Origin: the human T2T-CHM13v2.0 reference genome, Homo sapiens
Reading direction: 5' to 3' (one strand)
DNA length: 64,000 nucleotides
Assembly (NCBI RefSeq): GCF_009914755.1
Contig: NC_060927.1
Part shown: piece by piece, positions 1-15,959 of the stretch
How positions within the stretch are numbered: position 1 is the stretch's first letter
Layout: each line of letters begins with the position of its first letter
The notes under the pieces: generated by a model
Told to the model about the DNA's origin: nothing
The model's database searches: none
The model's input: the letters and a program-made list of their open reading frames with translations, nothing else
Position numbers and translations under genes: made by a program

Positions 1-269
<269 letters not shown>

Positions 270-325
270 AAAATAAAATGATAGCTCTCTTAAAAGTTTA
301 TAAAAATAAACATTTATACATTGTT

Positions 326-738
<413 letters not shown>

Positions 739-1276
739 TCAGGAAGGCAGTACAGCTCACTGTGGTTGAATGCATTTGACCTGTGTTCAGTTTCTGGTTC
801 TGCTCTTCACCATGTACAGTGTGAGCCATTCTTTCAATTCGAAAGTATCTCATAGAGTTGTCAGGACCCAAACAACACAGCTGTGCATGAAATGCTTAGC
901 AAAATACCCTGGATTACTCTTCAGTTATCTCCTTCTCTCATTGATGCCTCTCTTCAGCTTCCAGTTTTGCTGTTTTGCTTCCAGCCTTTTCCTTTGGTAT
1001 ATTTTAACTCCAGCAAATGCCAGACAGAGAATTAATGGTTTCTCTGCCAAGATATTATAGCAGCAGGGATGAGTATTCAAGCATCTTCCAGTTCATGGTA
1101 GACCAACTTTGAATTCACTCCTGATCAACATAGCTGCCCCCTGCGCCGCCCTGACAAGTACGTGAGGAGAGGGAGCTGTGGAAGGTCAGGTCCAGGGAGC
1201 TAGAAGGTTTGATAGTTTCTGGCTGCAGAACCACCTGCACTTGCCCTGCACACCAACCAAGATCTTACCTAAGGAG

Positions 1277-1559
1277 TTTTTTTGAGACAGAGTCTCACTG
1301 TGTCACCCAGGCTGGAGAGTGCAGTGGCACAATCATAGCTCACTGCAACCTGGAACTCCTGGGCTCGAACAGTCCTCCCGCCACAGTCTCCTGAGGAACT
1401 GGGATTACAGACATGCACTGCCAATTCTCAGCTAATTTTTTGTTTAGAAACGGGGGTCTCACTGTGTTGCCTAGGCTAGCCTTGAGCTCCTGGCCTCAAG
1501 CAGTTCTCCTCCTTAGGCCTCCAAAAACACTGGGATTGCAGGCATGAGCCGTTGCGGCC
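1277..1559 (-). mobile_element. Alu (AluJ-like)
   Basis: Diverged antisense Alu dimer with poly(T) head. Confidence 0.9.
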
Positions 1560-2076
1560 AGAAGATTTTTTGTTTAATTCGAATTTTCTCTTTCCATTTT
1601 CTCAGTTCTTTCTAAAACTCCTTTTATACTTTTTTCTTTGCATATATTTTCTCATGATTTTTTTCTAACTGATCTGTGATATGCTGTTTGCTTTTACTAT
1701 GCCGTGAACATTTTTCAGGGTCTTGGACCTTTTGAATTATTACCGTTTTCTGTCGTAAAGAAGTACCATACCTGGTTTCCCCAGTTTTCTATTTTAAAAC
1801 TAATGTGTTTCTAGGGTTTACTAGCATAACCAGTGCTGTAGCAATCTTTTTCTTTGTCTGTCTTTCCACATTTGTCCAGTGCTTTTCTTGAGGAAAAGTT
1901 CCTTGAGGTAGAATTGTTGGGCTAAAGGGTATATAAATCTAAGGGTTTTGTGACATAGTCTGAAGTTATCTTCCCCAAAGTTCTACTGGTTGAAACTGTC
2001 ATCAGTAGTATGAGCCTTTTAAACTAAAAATACTTTAAAAAAATTCCAAATGTTAATGATCACCTTAAATAACGTA

Positions 2077-2178
2077 CTGTGTTTTATTGATTATAATGGG
2101 TAGTTTTTGTTCATGTTTTAATATCTGAATCAGGATACTGCTTATAATTGATGGTTTCTTGGATGTCATGAAATATGG
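2077..2178. mobile_element. MER104-like Tc2/mariner DNA transposon fossil
   Basis: Degenerate termini CTGTGTTTTATTGATT...GTCATGAAATATGG, preceded by TA; resembles recalled MER104 consensus. Confidence 0.55.
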
Positions 2179-2870
2179 ACCCATTGATTCTTTATCTGGG
2201 GATACAGGAGTGTGTCTGTTTCAAACCTTTGCAATCCCATTCCTGAGACTAAGATATACCTACCCCCAGAAAAATGCTACTTTCTGCCTTGTGAAAACAA
2301 AATACTGAGACAAAGAATTACTAAGAACCTGACTTCCTGCCTGAACCTGGGGAAATGAAATTAGGCAGAGAACAAAACAGTGTTTTTTCAAATCACTTGT
2401 CAAAATCGCTTGCTCTGGCTTTGGGGGTGAGTGGTAGTAGCTGTACCTATTAAAACACTCAAGGCTGTGCCAATGTAACATCATGTGGAAACCAAATCAT
2501 GGTAGTTTCCTTCCTTTTAAAGTTTTATAACAAGCTAGAAGCAATCCAGTACTTGACCTGTGAATTGTAGGATGCTGTGATCTCATAACTATTACAAGTA
2601 CTTGAAGAATGAAAGTGATTTGTAAGAATCTTAGTAAATTGTGCCCTTCCTGTTATTGATGACTTCGAAATGAATTATAGTATCCATGTAATAATGTTAG
2701 GTCACCTTTTATTTATTTACTGTCTTGAGCAAACTTAGTTGGGGAAGGATAAATAGGGTTTACTGAGAGTTGGAATTTTAATTATTCTGTTGCCCTGTTG
2801 AGTTCCTTTAAAAAATAGTGAACATAGTTTCCATTTCATAAAAGCAATACCCGACATTTGTAGAAAAAAC

Positions 2871-3153
2871 TTTTATTTATTATTATTATTACTTTGAGAT
2901 AGAGTCTTGTTCTGTCCCCCAGGCTGGAGTGCAGTGGCGTGATCTTAGCTCACTGCAACCTTAGCTCACTGCAACCTCTGACTCTCAGGTTCAAGCAATG
3001 CTCATGCCTCAGCCTCCTGAGTAACTGGGTTTACAGGTATGCACACCACTGTGCCTGGCCAATTTTTGTATTTTTAGTAGAGACAGGGTTTCACGAAGTT
3101 AGCTAGGCTGGCCTCGAACTCCTGGCCTCAGGTGATCCACCCACCTTGGCCTC
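2871..3153 (-). mobile_element. Alu (AluS-like), 5' end missing, with internal 16-bp tandem duplication
   Basis: TTAGCTCACTGCAACC repeated at 2945-2960 and 2961-2976. Confidence 0.9.
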
Positions 3154-3249
3154 ACAGTTGTTCCAGAATTTAAGTTATATATTATCTGTAATTGTTTTTT
3201 AAAGCATACTCTCTTGTAAACTACTCTTTTTGTTTCCTGCTGTGACCAT

Positions 3250-3670
3250 CTGTGCTGGATACCTTCCATTTGTCCTTCACATTCCCTCTCCACCCTGATC
3301 CTGCATGGACTTATTAAGGGCCCCCCTGCCATCTGATGTCCCACTGGCCGCATCTACTGGTGTCATCAGCATGAGGCTGTTGGGTGAGAGGAGAGCAGGT
3401 TCTGGACATTCATTCCCCAGGGTTCCTCCCTGCTGGGTCTCTGCTGGTTGTCTGCGTCCCTCCACAGAAGACAGGCTACCTAGCAGCTCTCGGCACACTG
3501 CTTTTTTCCCTGAGTTTGATAACTATTCGCTCACCCCTGCTTCTGATTGCCAAGTACTGCCCTATAGCTTGTGGTTTTCCTGTACCCTGCTTTATAAACA
3601 ACACCCTTATTAAACCCTACTCAGATTACCCAATCTGAATGTGCCTGCTTTCCTGCTGAGACCTGATATA
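3250..3670 (+). mobile_element. ERVL LTR (LTR33/LTR16-like)
   Basis: 3' end CCCTTATTAAACCC...ATTACCCAATCTGAATGTGCC...TTCCTGCTGAGACCTGATA is typical of LTR33-group ends. Confidence 0.55.
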
Positions 3671-3851
3671 TTACCTGTTTTCATCAATGATTAATTTCTT
3701 ATGGCATTCATAATGGCCACATAGTATTCCATAAATATCCAGGCTCCTACTGTTCAATGTATGTTTATTTCCTCCTTTTACCAGTTCCATAACATCTTTT
3801 AAGCTAAATCTTTCTGGATGTTCTTTAGTGTTTTCTGAGGATGATTACTTA

Positions 3852-4249
<398 letters not shown>

Positions 4250-4395
4250 CTATGAGTTTTGGCATTTGTGTTTTTGAAAAATAGCTTTATTGAGATATAA
4301 TTACATATAAAATTGACCTTTTTAAAGTCTACAACTCAGGGGTTTTTAGGATATTCACAGAGTTGTATAATTATCACCACTGTCTTATTTTAGAA

Positions 4396-4838
4396 TTTTT
4401 TTTCCCCTGAGATGGAGTCTCACTCTTTCGCCCAGGCTGGAGGGCGGTGGCACAATCTCAGCTCACTGCAACTTCCGCCTCCCAGGTTCAAGCAGTTCAC
4501 CTGCATCAGTGTCCTGAGTAGCTGGGATTACAGGCGTGCGCCACCACACCTGGCTAATTTTTTCTTTTTTTTTCTGACTTTTTAGCAGATATGGAGTTTC
4601 ACCATGTTGGCTAGGCTGGTCTCAAACTCCTGACCTCAAGTGATCCACCCACCTCGACCTCCCCAAGTGCTGAGATTACAGGCGTGCACCACCACGCCCA
4701 GCTAATTTTTGTATTTTTAGTAGAGATGAGGTTTCACCATGTTGGCCAGGCTGGTTTCGAACTCCTGGCCTCAAGTGATCCATCCATCTAGGCCTCCCAA
4801 AGAGATGAGATTATAGGCGTGAGCCACCAGACCCAGCT
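4396..4838 (-). mobile_element. Alu trimer (right arm plus two left arms)
   Basis: Left-arm sequence occurs twice (about 4580-4700 and 4705-4838). Confidence 0.85.
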
Positions 4839-5431
4839 GAATATTTTCTCTTTTAAAAATTTTTTGAAATGTCTTCCTACTGTCACTACCCTTATTCAAA
4901 GAACATTTTCATCCCTCAAAAACAACCTCATCCCTATTAGTAGTCACTCCCCATTCCTCCCTTCCCTCAACCTTTGGTAACAACCAAGTTACTTTCTATC
5001 TTTATGAATTTGCCTATTCTGGACATTTCACATAAATGGAATCCTATGTGGCCCTTTTGGTCTGACTTAATTCACTTAGCATCATGTTTTTAAGGGTCAT
5101 CCCTGTTGTAGTATGTATCAGTACTTCATTATTTTTAAATTGTCAAATATTTCAATGATGTATACATTATTTTATTTACTCATCAGTTGATGGAGTTTAT
5201 AATAGGTACTTCGTGTTCATGTTTTAATATCTGAATCAGGGTGCAGCTTATAATGGATGCCAAATTCATATACTGCTAAAACAAACAAAAACCTGGCAGC
5301 TGGGATTTCAATCTGGATTCTGTTGCGTCTATAGATCAATTTGGTGAGTACTGCCATCATAACAAAATGAAGTCTTATAACCTATGAACATGGGATGTTC
5401 ATATTGCCTATTACGAATAATGCTGCTGTGA

Positions 5432-6024
<593 letters not shown>

Positions 6025-6106
6025 CATGTATGAGCTTTTATGTGTACATGTGTTTTCAGTCCTCTTGAGCATTTAGCAAAGAATGGAGTTACTGGGTAAT
6101 GTGGAA

Positions 6107-6108
<2 letters not shown>

Positions 6109-6137
<29 letters not shown>

Positions 6138-6191
6138 GATACGGAGTCTCACGCTTTCGCCCAGGCCACACTGCAGGCCTGGACTCCCAAA
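6109..6191 (-). mobile_element. Extremely 5'-truncated young Alu with scrambled 5' junction
   Basis: 29-nt poly(T), about 30 nt of Alu 3' end, 24 extra nt; perfect 17-bp TSD GGTAATGTGGAATCTTT at 6095-6111 and 6192-6208. Confidence 0.9.
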
Positions 6192-6225
6192 GGTAATGTG
6201 GAATCTTTATGTTTAATATTGAAGT

Positions 6226-6533
<308 letters not shown>

Positions 6534-7804
6534 TTGAAGCACTGCTAGACTGTTTCCAAAGGGACCGTACTGCTTTACAATCCCTGCTGCAACATGAGAG
6601 TTCTAATTCTTCACATCCTCATCAAGACTTATTTTCTTTGATTCTGACCATCCTAGTGAATGTGAGATCGTATCTCATTGTGGTTTGGGTTTGCATTTTC
6701 ATCATGACTAATGATATTGAGCAATCTTCATGTGCTTAGTGGTCATTTGTACATTTTCTTCAGAGAGCTGACTATTCAAATCCTTTGCCCATTTTAAAAA
6801 TGGGTTAATTTGTCTTTTATTGTTGAGTTGTACAAGTTCTTTATACATTCTGGGATAAATCCCTTATCAGATATATGATTTGAAAGTATTTTTCTCCCAT
6901 TCTGTCTGTTATCTTTTCACTTTTCTAGACTATGTCCTTAGAAGTACAAAGGTTCTTAATTTTGAAAAAGTCCAATTTTTATAGTTTTTCTTTTGTCATT
7001 TGTGCTTTTGATGTCATATCTGAGAAGGCTTTGACTAATCCAGGGTCACAAAGATATACTCTCTATTTTCTTCTAAAAGTTGTAGGTCTTATATTTAGGT
7101 CTATGATTCGTTTTGAGTTCATTTTTGTATATGATGTGAGGGAAGGGTTTAACCTCAATCTTTCACATATGGATATCAATTGTCCCAGCACCATTTATTA
7201 AAAGACTGTTTTTCTCCCATTGAATTATCTTGGCACTCTTGTTGAAAATCAAATGATCATAAATATAATGGTTTATTTCTGGATTCTCAGTTATATTTGA
7301 TTGATGCACATCTCTACTCTTATGCCAGTACCATGCTGTATTGATTACTGTAACTTTGTAGTAAGTTTTGAAATTCAAAATGCGAGTCCTCCAACTTGGT
7401 TCTTTTTTAAAGTTGTTTTGGCTATTCTGGGCCCCTTGCATTTCCAAATAAATTTTAGGATCAGCTTGTCATATAGTACCAAAACAAACTACCAAAAACC
7501 TGGCAGCTGGGATTTCAGTCTGGATTCTGTTGAATCTATAGATCAATTTGGTGAGTACTGCCATCATAACAAGATCAAGTCTTATAATTTATGAACATGG
7601 GATGTCTTTATATTTATTTAGGTCTTCTCTAATTTCTTTCAACAATGTTTTGTAGTTTTCAGTATACATGTCTTGCCCTTCTTTTGTTAAATTTATTTCT
7701 AAGTATTTTATTCTTTTTGATGCTATTTTATTTCTTTTTGATGGCAGTATTTTCTTAAATTCATGTTTGGATTGTTCAGTGCCAGGTTATAGAACTCCAA
7801 TTGA

Positions 7805-8029
<225 letters not shown>

Positions 8030-8390
8030 TAGTTCTAATAATTATTTTGTGGTTCGACATATGTTTTTAAGGCTTTTGGTGTTGCTGCCAAAGTTATACA
8101 AAAAAGTTCATACCAGTTTGCATCCTAATGGTGTTTCAGCATATAACAAGATTTGTTTCTGCAAATACTGAAATTTTCTTTTGATATTTGCCAACTTGTT
8201 TGGGGTGGGAGATATTTGGAATAATAAAAACCAATTTGGCATGGGCACCAACTGGTCAGAGAGAACACCAGCTATAAATAATATTCAGGGGAGCCTGAAC
8301 ATGTGAAAAAGAGCAAATTGTTTTTATTTGCATTTCTGTGATCATTAAAGTTGAACATTTTAAATATGCTTATTAGACATCTATTTTTAA

Positions 8391-8693
<303 letters not shown>

Positions 8694-8887
8694 ACATCTG
8701 TTACTTTTTATTATTATTCATGCCACTTTTTTTGTCAGAAATTCTAATTTGTATGAAATCTAAACTGTTATCTTCCTTTAGCCTTCTGGGCATTACTTAG
8801 CTAAACAGGGCTTCCCAAGCCACAAGGTTACACAAATATTTGAAGAAAATATAGGGGAATTTTTTTTTTTTTAATATTTACTTTTTT

Positions 8888-9189
8888 GGTTGGGTGTGGT
8901 GGCTCACACCTGTAATCCTAGCATTTTGGGAGGCTGAGGCAGGCGGATGGCTTGAGCTCAGGAGTTCGAGACTAGTCTGGGCAACATGATGAAACCCGGT
9001 CTCTACAAAAAACACAAAAATTAGCTGGTCATGATGGCATGTGCCTGTAGTCCCAGCTACTTGGGAGGCTGAGGTGGGAGGATGGCTTGAGCCCAGGAAG
9101 TGGAGGTTGCAGTGAGCCATGACCGTGCTGTCACTGCACTCCAGCCTGGGCAACAGAGCCAGACCCTGTCTCAGAAAAAATAAAAAAAA
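8888..9189 (+). mobile_element. Alu (AluJ-like)
   Basis: Full sense dimer, inverted relative to 8403-8693. Confidence 0.93.
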
Positions 9190-10330
9190 TTTACCGTCTT
9201 AAATTTTAAGAAGTCTTTTTGTGTGTATAATGTAAGAATTTTACTTCTTTACCCAAGTGGATATCCAGTTGCATCACTATTAATCATATTTTATTTCCTT
9301 ATATGCAGAACTATTTCTTAACCCTATCTTGTTCTATTCCTGTGTGAATTCCCAGGCCCTTTTAATTATTATAGTGTTATCGTGTATTTTAATATTCAAT
9401 AGGGTAAGCCATACAAAATTTTCTATTTCTTTGCTATCGCTGTATACTTATACTAACATTCAAGGTGATTTTTAGAATCAATGTGTCTTAAATTCCATTT
9501 CAACTTGGATTGTGATTTCATTATATTTATAAACTAATTTGAGGAGTTGACTTTCTGATGCCAAATCTTACCATCTGGGAATGTTGTATCTCTTCATTTA
9601 TTCAGGTTATTTTATGTTCTTAAAGTGCTGAGTTTTTTCCAGATGAATCTTAGGCATTTCTTACTCAGTTTTAAGTATTTTCAATTTCTGATAAATGGGA
9701 TTTGTCAAAAATGAATTGGATTTCACTCATTTCTGATTATTTGTGATTTATAAGAAAGCTGTTAATTTTTAAATTTTGGTCTTGTGTGTAGCTATCTCGA
9801 GTTATTCTCATACTTTTTGAATATGGGTGGTTTTCATTTTCTTTTTATACTTTTTTCCATTATTGCATAGGCTAAGATTGCCAGTATAATGTCAAATAAT
9901 TGGGATGATGTAGATATCCTTGGCTTGCTCATAACTTTAATTGGATATTTCCAATATTATGATAGTACAGTTTTAACTGTAGGGTCTGTTATTCTTTATT
10001 GAGTTAAGGAAGGGAAGTTAACTGTGTACCCTTTTTAATTAGGAATGATTTGAGCAGTATGAATGGGAATGGACCTAGGAGATAGGATTGTTTTGGTGGG
10101 GAAGTGCTTTTTATTGAGGTGATCATTTGAGGTTTGTTTACTTCCATTGGCTAATGTAGTGAATTGTATTAGGAAACCTAATGTTGAATTATTCTTGTAC
10201 TCTTGGGATAACCTCTACTTAGTTGTATTATTTTGATAAACTATTGAATTTAAATGTTTTTTACTCTTGGATTTGATTTATTAATATCACATCTAGGGAT
10301 ATCGTGGCTATGTGCATATGTAAAATCAGC
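9190..10330 (-). mobile_element. Very old L1M (L1ME-like) ORF2 remnants
   Basis: T-rich degenerate antisense L1 motifs such as GATATCCAGTTG and GGATATCCTTG-like blocks. Confidence 0.55.
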
Positions 10331-10424
10331 CTTAGTTTCCTTTGCTATATTCCATTTTGTCTGATTCTAATCCTGTCAGACCAGCTTTTTTTGTAGCATT
10401 TATTTATTTTCTTGTCCCTTTATC

Positions 10425-11290
<866 letters not shown>

Positions 11291-11809
11291 TAATTGAGTG
11301 GGATTTGTATAACATAAAATTAACCAGTTTAAAATGAACAATTGAGTGGCATTTACTACATTTACAATGTTGTACAATTGCCACTTCTAATTCCAAAACA
11401 CTTCATGTTCTCCAAAAGGAAACACCCCTTTTATTTTTTACCTTTCCTTGTCATCTTGTTATAAGTACATCTTCTATATGTATCATATAGTTAGATTTTA
11501 TTTGTATACCCAGTCTGAGAACGTGTCTTTCAATATGGAAATTTAACACATTTATATTTATTGTGATTATTTAGAATTCTTAGTTTTCCTTATTTTTTCC
11601 TCTAGTGATTGAAAGTTATAAATTCTATTTTGTTTGGAGTTACTTTAAAATTTTTACCCCAAATTTTAAGCTCATAATTTTCTAAATATCCAGATAATTA
11701 ATCATGATATATAATTATATGATTCCATTCAAAAGACAATACTTTCCTCCTTACCTATTCCTGGCCACGTACTTTGTGTCAGCCAACTTTCTCTGGATTA
11801 AAAAAAAAA

Positions 11810-12465
11810 TGACAGCTTTATTGAGATACAGTTTACATACTGTAAAGTTCACCCATTCAAAGTATACAACTAAGTGGCTTTTAGAATATTCATAGCATTG
11901 TACAATCATCTACACTACAACTACTTTTAGAACATTTTCATTACCCTAAAAAGAAACCCCATACCCACTAACATATATTCTCCATTTCTTCCCAAATCCT
12001 CCCTCCACCATCCCTAGTCAGCTACTAATCTACTGTCTGTCTCTATAAATTTGCCTATTTTGGACATTTCCTATAAAGGGAGTCCTATAATATGTGGTCT
12101 TCTTTGACTTATTTTTGTGGCTTCTTTCACTTAGCATAGTATTTTCAAGATTTATCCATGTTGTGGCATGTATCAGTATTTCATTTCTTTTTTTTTAACC
12201 AGCTAATAGTCCATTGTGTAGAAATACCACATTTTATTCATCTGTTCATGGACATTTGTTTGTTTCTGCCTTTTAACTATTATTAATAATGCTGTTAAGA
12301 ATATTTATGTAGAAGGTTTTGTGTGGATACATATTTTTATTTCTCTTGAATATATTTCATGCTGTTAAGAGTGGAACCGCTATCATCATATGGTAACCCT
12401 CCATTTAACTTTTTGAGGAACTGCCAGACTATTTTTCAAAGTGTGTGTGCCGTTTTACAATCCCT
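11810..12465 (-). mobile_element. L1MB-like 3' end
   Basis: ACAGCTTTATTGAGATA...TTTTGAGGAACTGCCAGACT antisense L1M 3'UTR. Confidence 0.8.
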
Positions 12466-12805
12466 GTACTACTTTTTAAAAAATGATTTCTTAGGAATCA
12501 TTGCTTGGCAGTCATCTTAAGATTCCCACCCATATTACTGAACAACTATTTAGACTTAACCACAAATTTAAATTTGTTCACACTATTACTTTTCATGTTA
12601 TTTTTTGTGTCACGTACTTTCTTGATTTTTCATTTTGCTGGAGGTACCTTTTTGAGTAATTATTTTAGAAAGGGTTTGAAAGTGGTAAACTTTTTGAGTC
12701 ATTGCACATCCATTTCATCTTTCTTTTACCTTCATACTTGAATAATAATTTGGTTAGTATAAAGCTATAGATCTCAAAATTTCTTTTCATTAATTTTTAC
12801 TCAGT

Positions 12806-13486
<681 letters not shown>

Positions 13487-14126
13487 TAGTATCTAAACAG
13501 GCCTGTTAGGCTCAGTACCTCCCAGACCTTGTCCATTCATGAATGTGCATTCCCACAGACTTCGTTACAGCAGAGTCTTGTGTGAATGATGTCTTGCACT
13601 ACTACCCATGCAAATGTAGCACTGGTGGTGTAGCAATAAATTGTAGGTGAAATGGGAGTGTTATATACAGGAGAAATGGCTTATGAAAGGCAGTTTTGTA
13701 ACCATGTAAGATAATTATAGGGAAGTTTCTTCAGGTTGATGTGGTTTGGAATAAAAGATTGTTAAAGGCTTCCTTCGAGTTTCCCAAGTCCTGGTGGGAT
13801 CTCTCCCTGCCCTCACTCTAATCTGGGAGGACTTAGGGAGACAAAGTTCCTTCTCTCAAGACAGCTCTAGCCTGATATTTCCTGGTGTTCCCTGCTGAGA
13901 ATATATTCCTTGCATCTATTGCAGTAAACTGTAACTTCTATAATGTTTGTCAGAGGGCTAGCTTTCACTGGGCTTCAAATCCACTCCTCTGTGGGAATCA
14001 GGTTCTCTTTTCCTTTTAAGTAACTAAATGGTCTTTTTTCCCTCCCTAGAAGCTTTTGAAATTGTTTCCCTATCTTCAGGGATCTATGGTGATATCTCCC
14101 TAGATACCACTGTATGTCTGGAAGAA

Positions 14127-14352
14127 GCATGATCTCAGATCACTGCAACCTCTGCTTCCTGGGTTCAAGCAATTCTATGTCCCAGTAGCTGGGATTACAG
14201 GCATGGCCACTATGCCCGGCTAATTTGTGTATTGTTGTTAGAGACGGGTTTTTGCCATGTTGGCCCAGCTGGTCTCAAACTCCTGACCTCAAGTGATTCA
14301 CCCACCTCAGCCTCCCAAAGTGCTGGGATTACAGGAGTGAGCCACAACACTG
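14127..14352 (-). mobile_element. Partial AluS
   Basis: Lacks 3' tail; internal deletion. Confidence 0.85.
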
Positions 14353-15579
14353 GAAAGGCATTCTTTATTTGTCCTCCTTGCCACTTTTTGGGCTCTTTAT
14401 AAGTACTATACAAATCTAGCTTCGGCATAGGGAGATTTCTCTTATTTTCTGCATTGGTTCTTTGTTTTCTCCACTAAAGGAATCTTTATTCAATCCAGGA
14501 GGTCCAGGAGAGATTAAACTGTCTTCAATATCTCCTAATTTTTCTTTCATATTTCTCTTTGTACTTTGCAAATAGTGTAATTTTCTAGAAAAATTACACT
14601 TTAAGCCCAAATTCAAATTTCCAGTTAAGTATGCTCTGCCTTTCAACCCATCTATTGCTTTATTATGGTTTTAATAGTTTTAATTCCCAACAATTAGTCA
14701 TTCTAAAATGTTTGCTTTTAGTCTGATCTCTTTTTTATTGAATCACTTTAAGGATCTTGAGTGTATTTTCTTTGTTTACCGGGAGACCACTTCTGCTTGT
14801 TGAATCTGTTGCTTCTCCTGTGCTGTTTTCTTCAGTCATTTGGTGATTAATGGTTGTCCATGTTTGTAATAGTAGATGAGATGACTGGAGACTGTTTGCT
14901 CAGCTTAAGTGAGAATCTCTGTACCTCGGCAGTGAATACAGGTTTTCATCGTGTGATATGCATCTGGTGGTTTTTCAGAGGAAAGGAAATATTGGCAGGG
15001 CTGGGAGGGGGAAGCTAGGGTAGTGGGGCTGCATGGGCTTTCTTAAGATGTGTGCAAATAGCTTATTGAAGCATCTGGAAATCTCAAATCTTTATCCTGG
15101 GGACTATTTCCAGAAGTCGCTGCTGGAGGGAGGGGGACTTTAAATGTACTCTTTAGCAGATTACCCTTAACTCATTCCCTCTCCAACTTTGGTTATTGCT
15201 TCTAATCTTTGGTTTATCTGGGGGTCTGTTTGGAGGACTGTTTTTTTCAGTAGGTCCTCTATTTTCTGCTCCAGAGCTGCAGACAAGAAACTCCCTTGCT
15301 TATCATAGTTTGTTCTCAAGTGCCTTCCAGGAAGTTCTCACTGCTCCAGACTGCTGTTGCTGCTTTCTAGCTTTTCGGCACTACTACGTATTTTTTTAAT
15401 TTGGGAGTGGGAGACATTTCAGTGGAATTTGGGAAGGATAAAGAGGTCCTAGCTACAAAGAAGTTCAGTAGTTTTGTTATTCACTTATAGACATTTTGAA
15501 CATATATAAGGAATAATGACCCTCTTTCTGTGTTGTGAATATTTTTTCTAGCTTGTCCCTTAGTTTTATTTACAGTGCT

Positions 15580-15855
15580 TTGTTTTTTTTGTTTTGTTTT
15601 GTTTTGTTTGTGATAGTCTTGCTCTGTCACCCAGGCTGGAGTGCAGTGGCATGATCACAGTTCACTAAAGCCTCGACCTCCCAGGCTCAAGTGAGCCTCT
15701 CACTTTAGCCTCCTGAGTAGCTGGGACTACAGGCATGTGCCACCATGCCTGGCTGATTTTTTTAATTTTTTGTGGAGATGGGGTCTCAGTTTGGTGCCCA
15801 GGCTATTCTCAAACTTCCGGGCTCAAGCAATCCTCCTGCTTTGGCCTCCCAAAGA
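15580..15855 (-). mobile_element. AluJ-like with (GTTTT)n tail, 5' end missing
   Basis: Antisense Alu. Confidence 0.88.
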
Positions 15856-15959
15856 GCCATAGTGACTTTATTTACAAAATCTAAAGTTTATCTTCAAATC
15901 TCTCAGTCTTACTGTTTTCCCCACGTTGGGTGTCATCCTTAGAAAGTACTATCTCACTA

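Noticed and set aside
1132-1150. CTCF-like GGCGCAGGGGGCAGC on the minus strand
   Set aside because: Lacks the conserved 5' CC of the core motif.
4396-4838. Alu trimers (also 26865-27304) as novel elements
   Set aside because: Commonly produced by unequal recombination or nested insertion.
7703-7743. Tandem duplication of about 20 bp in L1M (similar one at about 60771-60814)
   Set aside because: Ordinary slippage duplications with no further structure.
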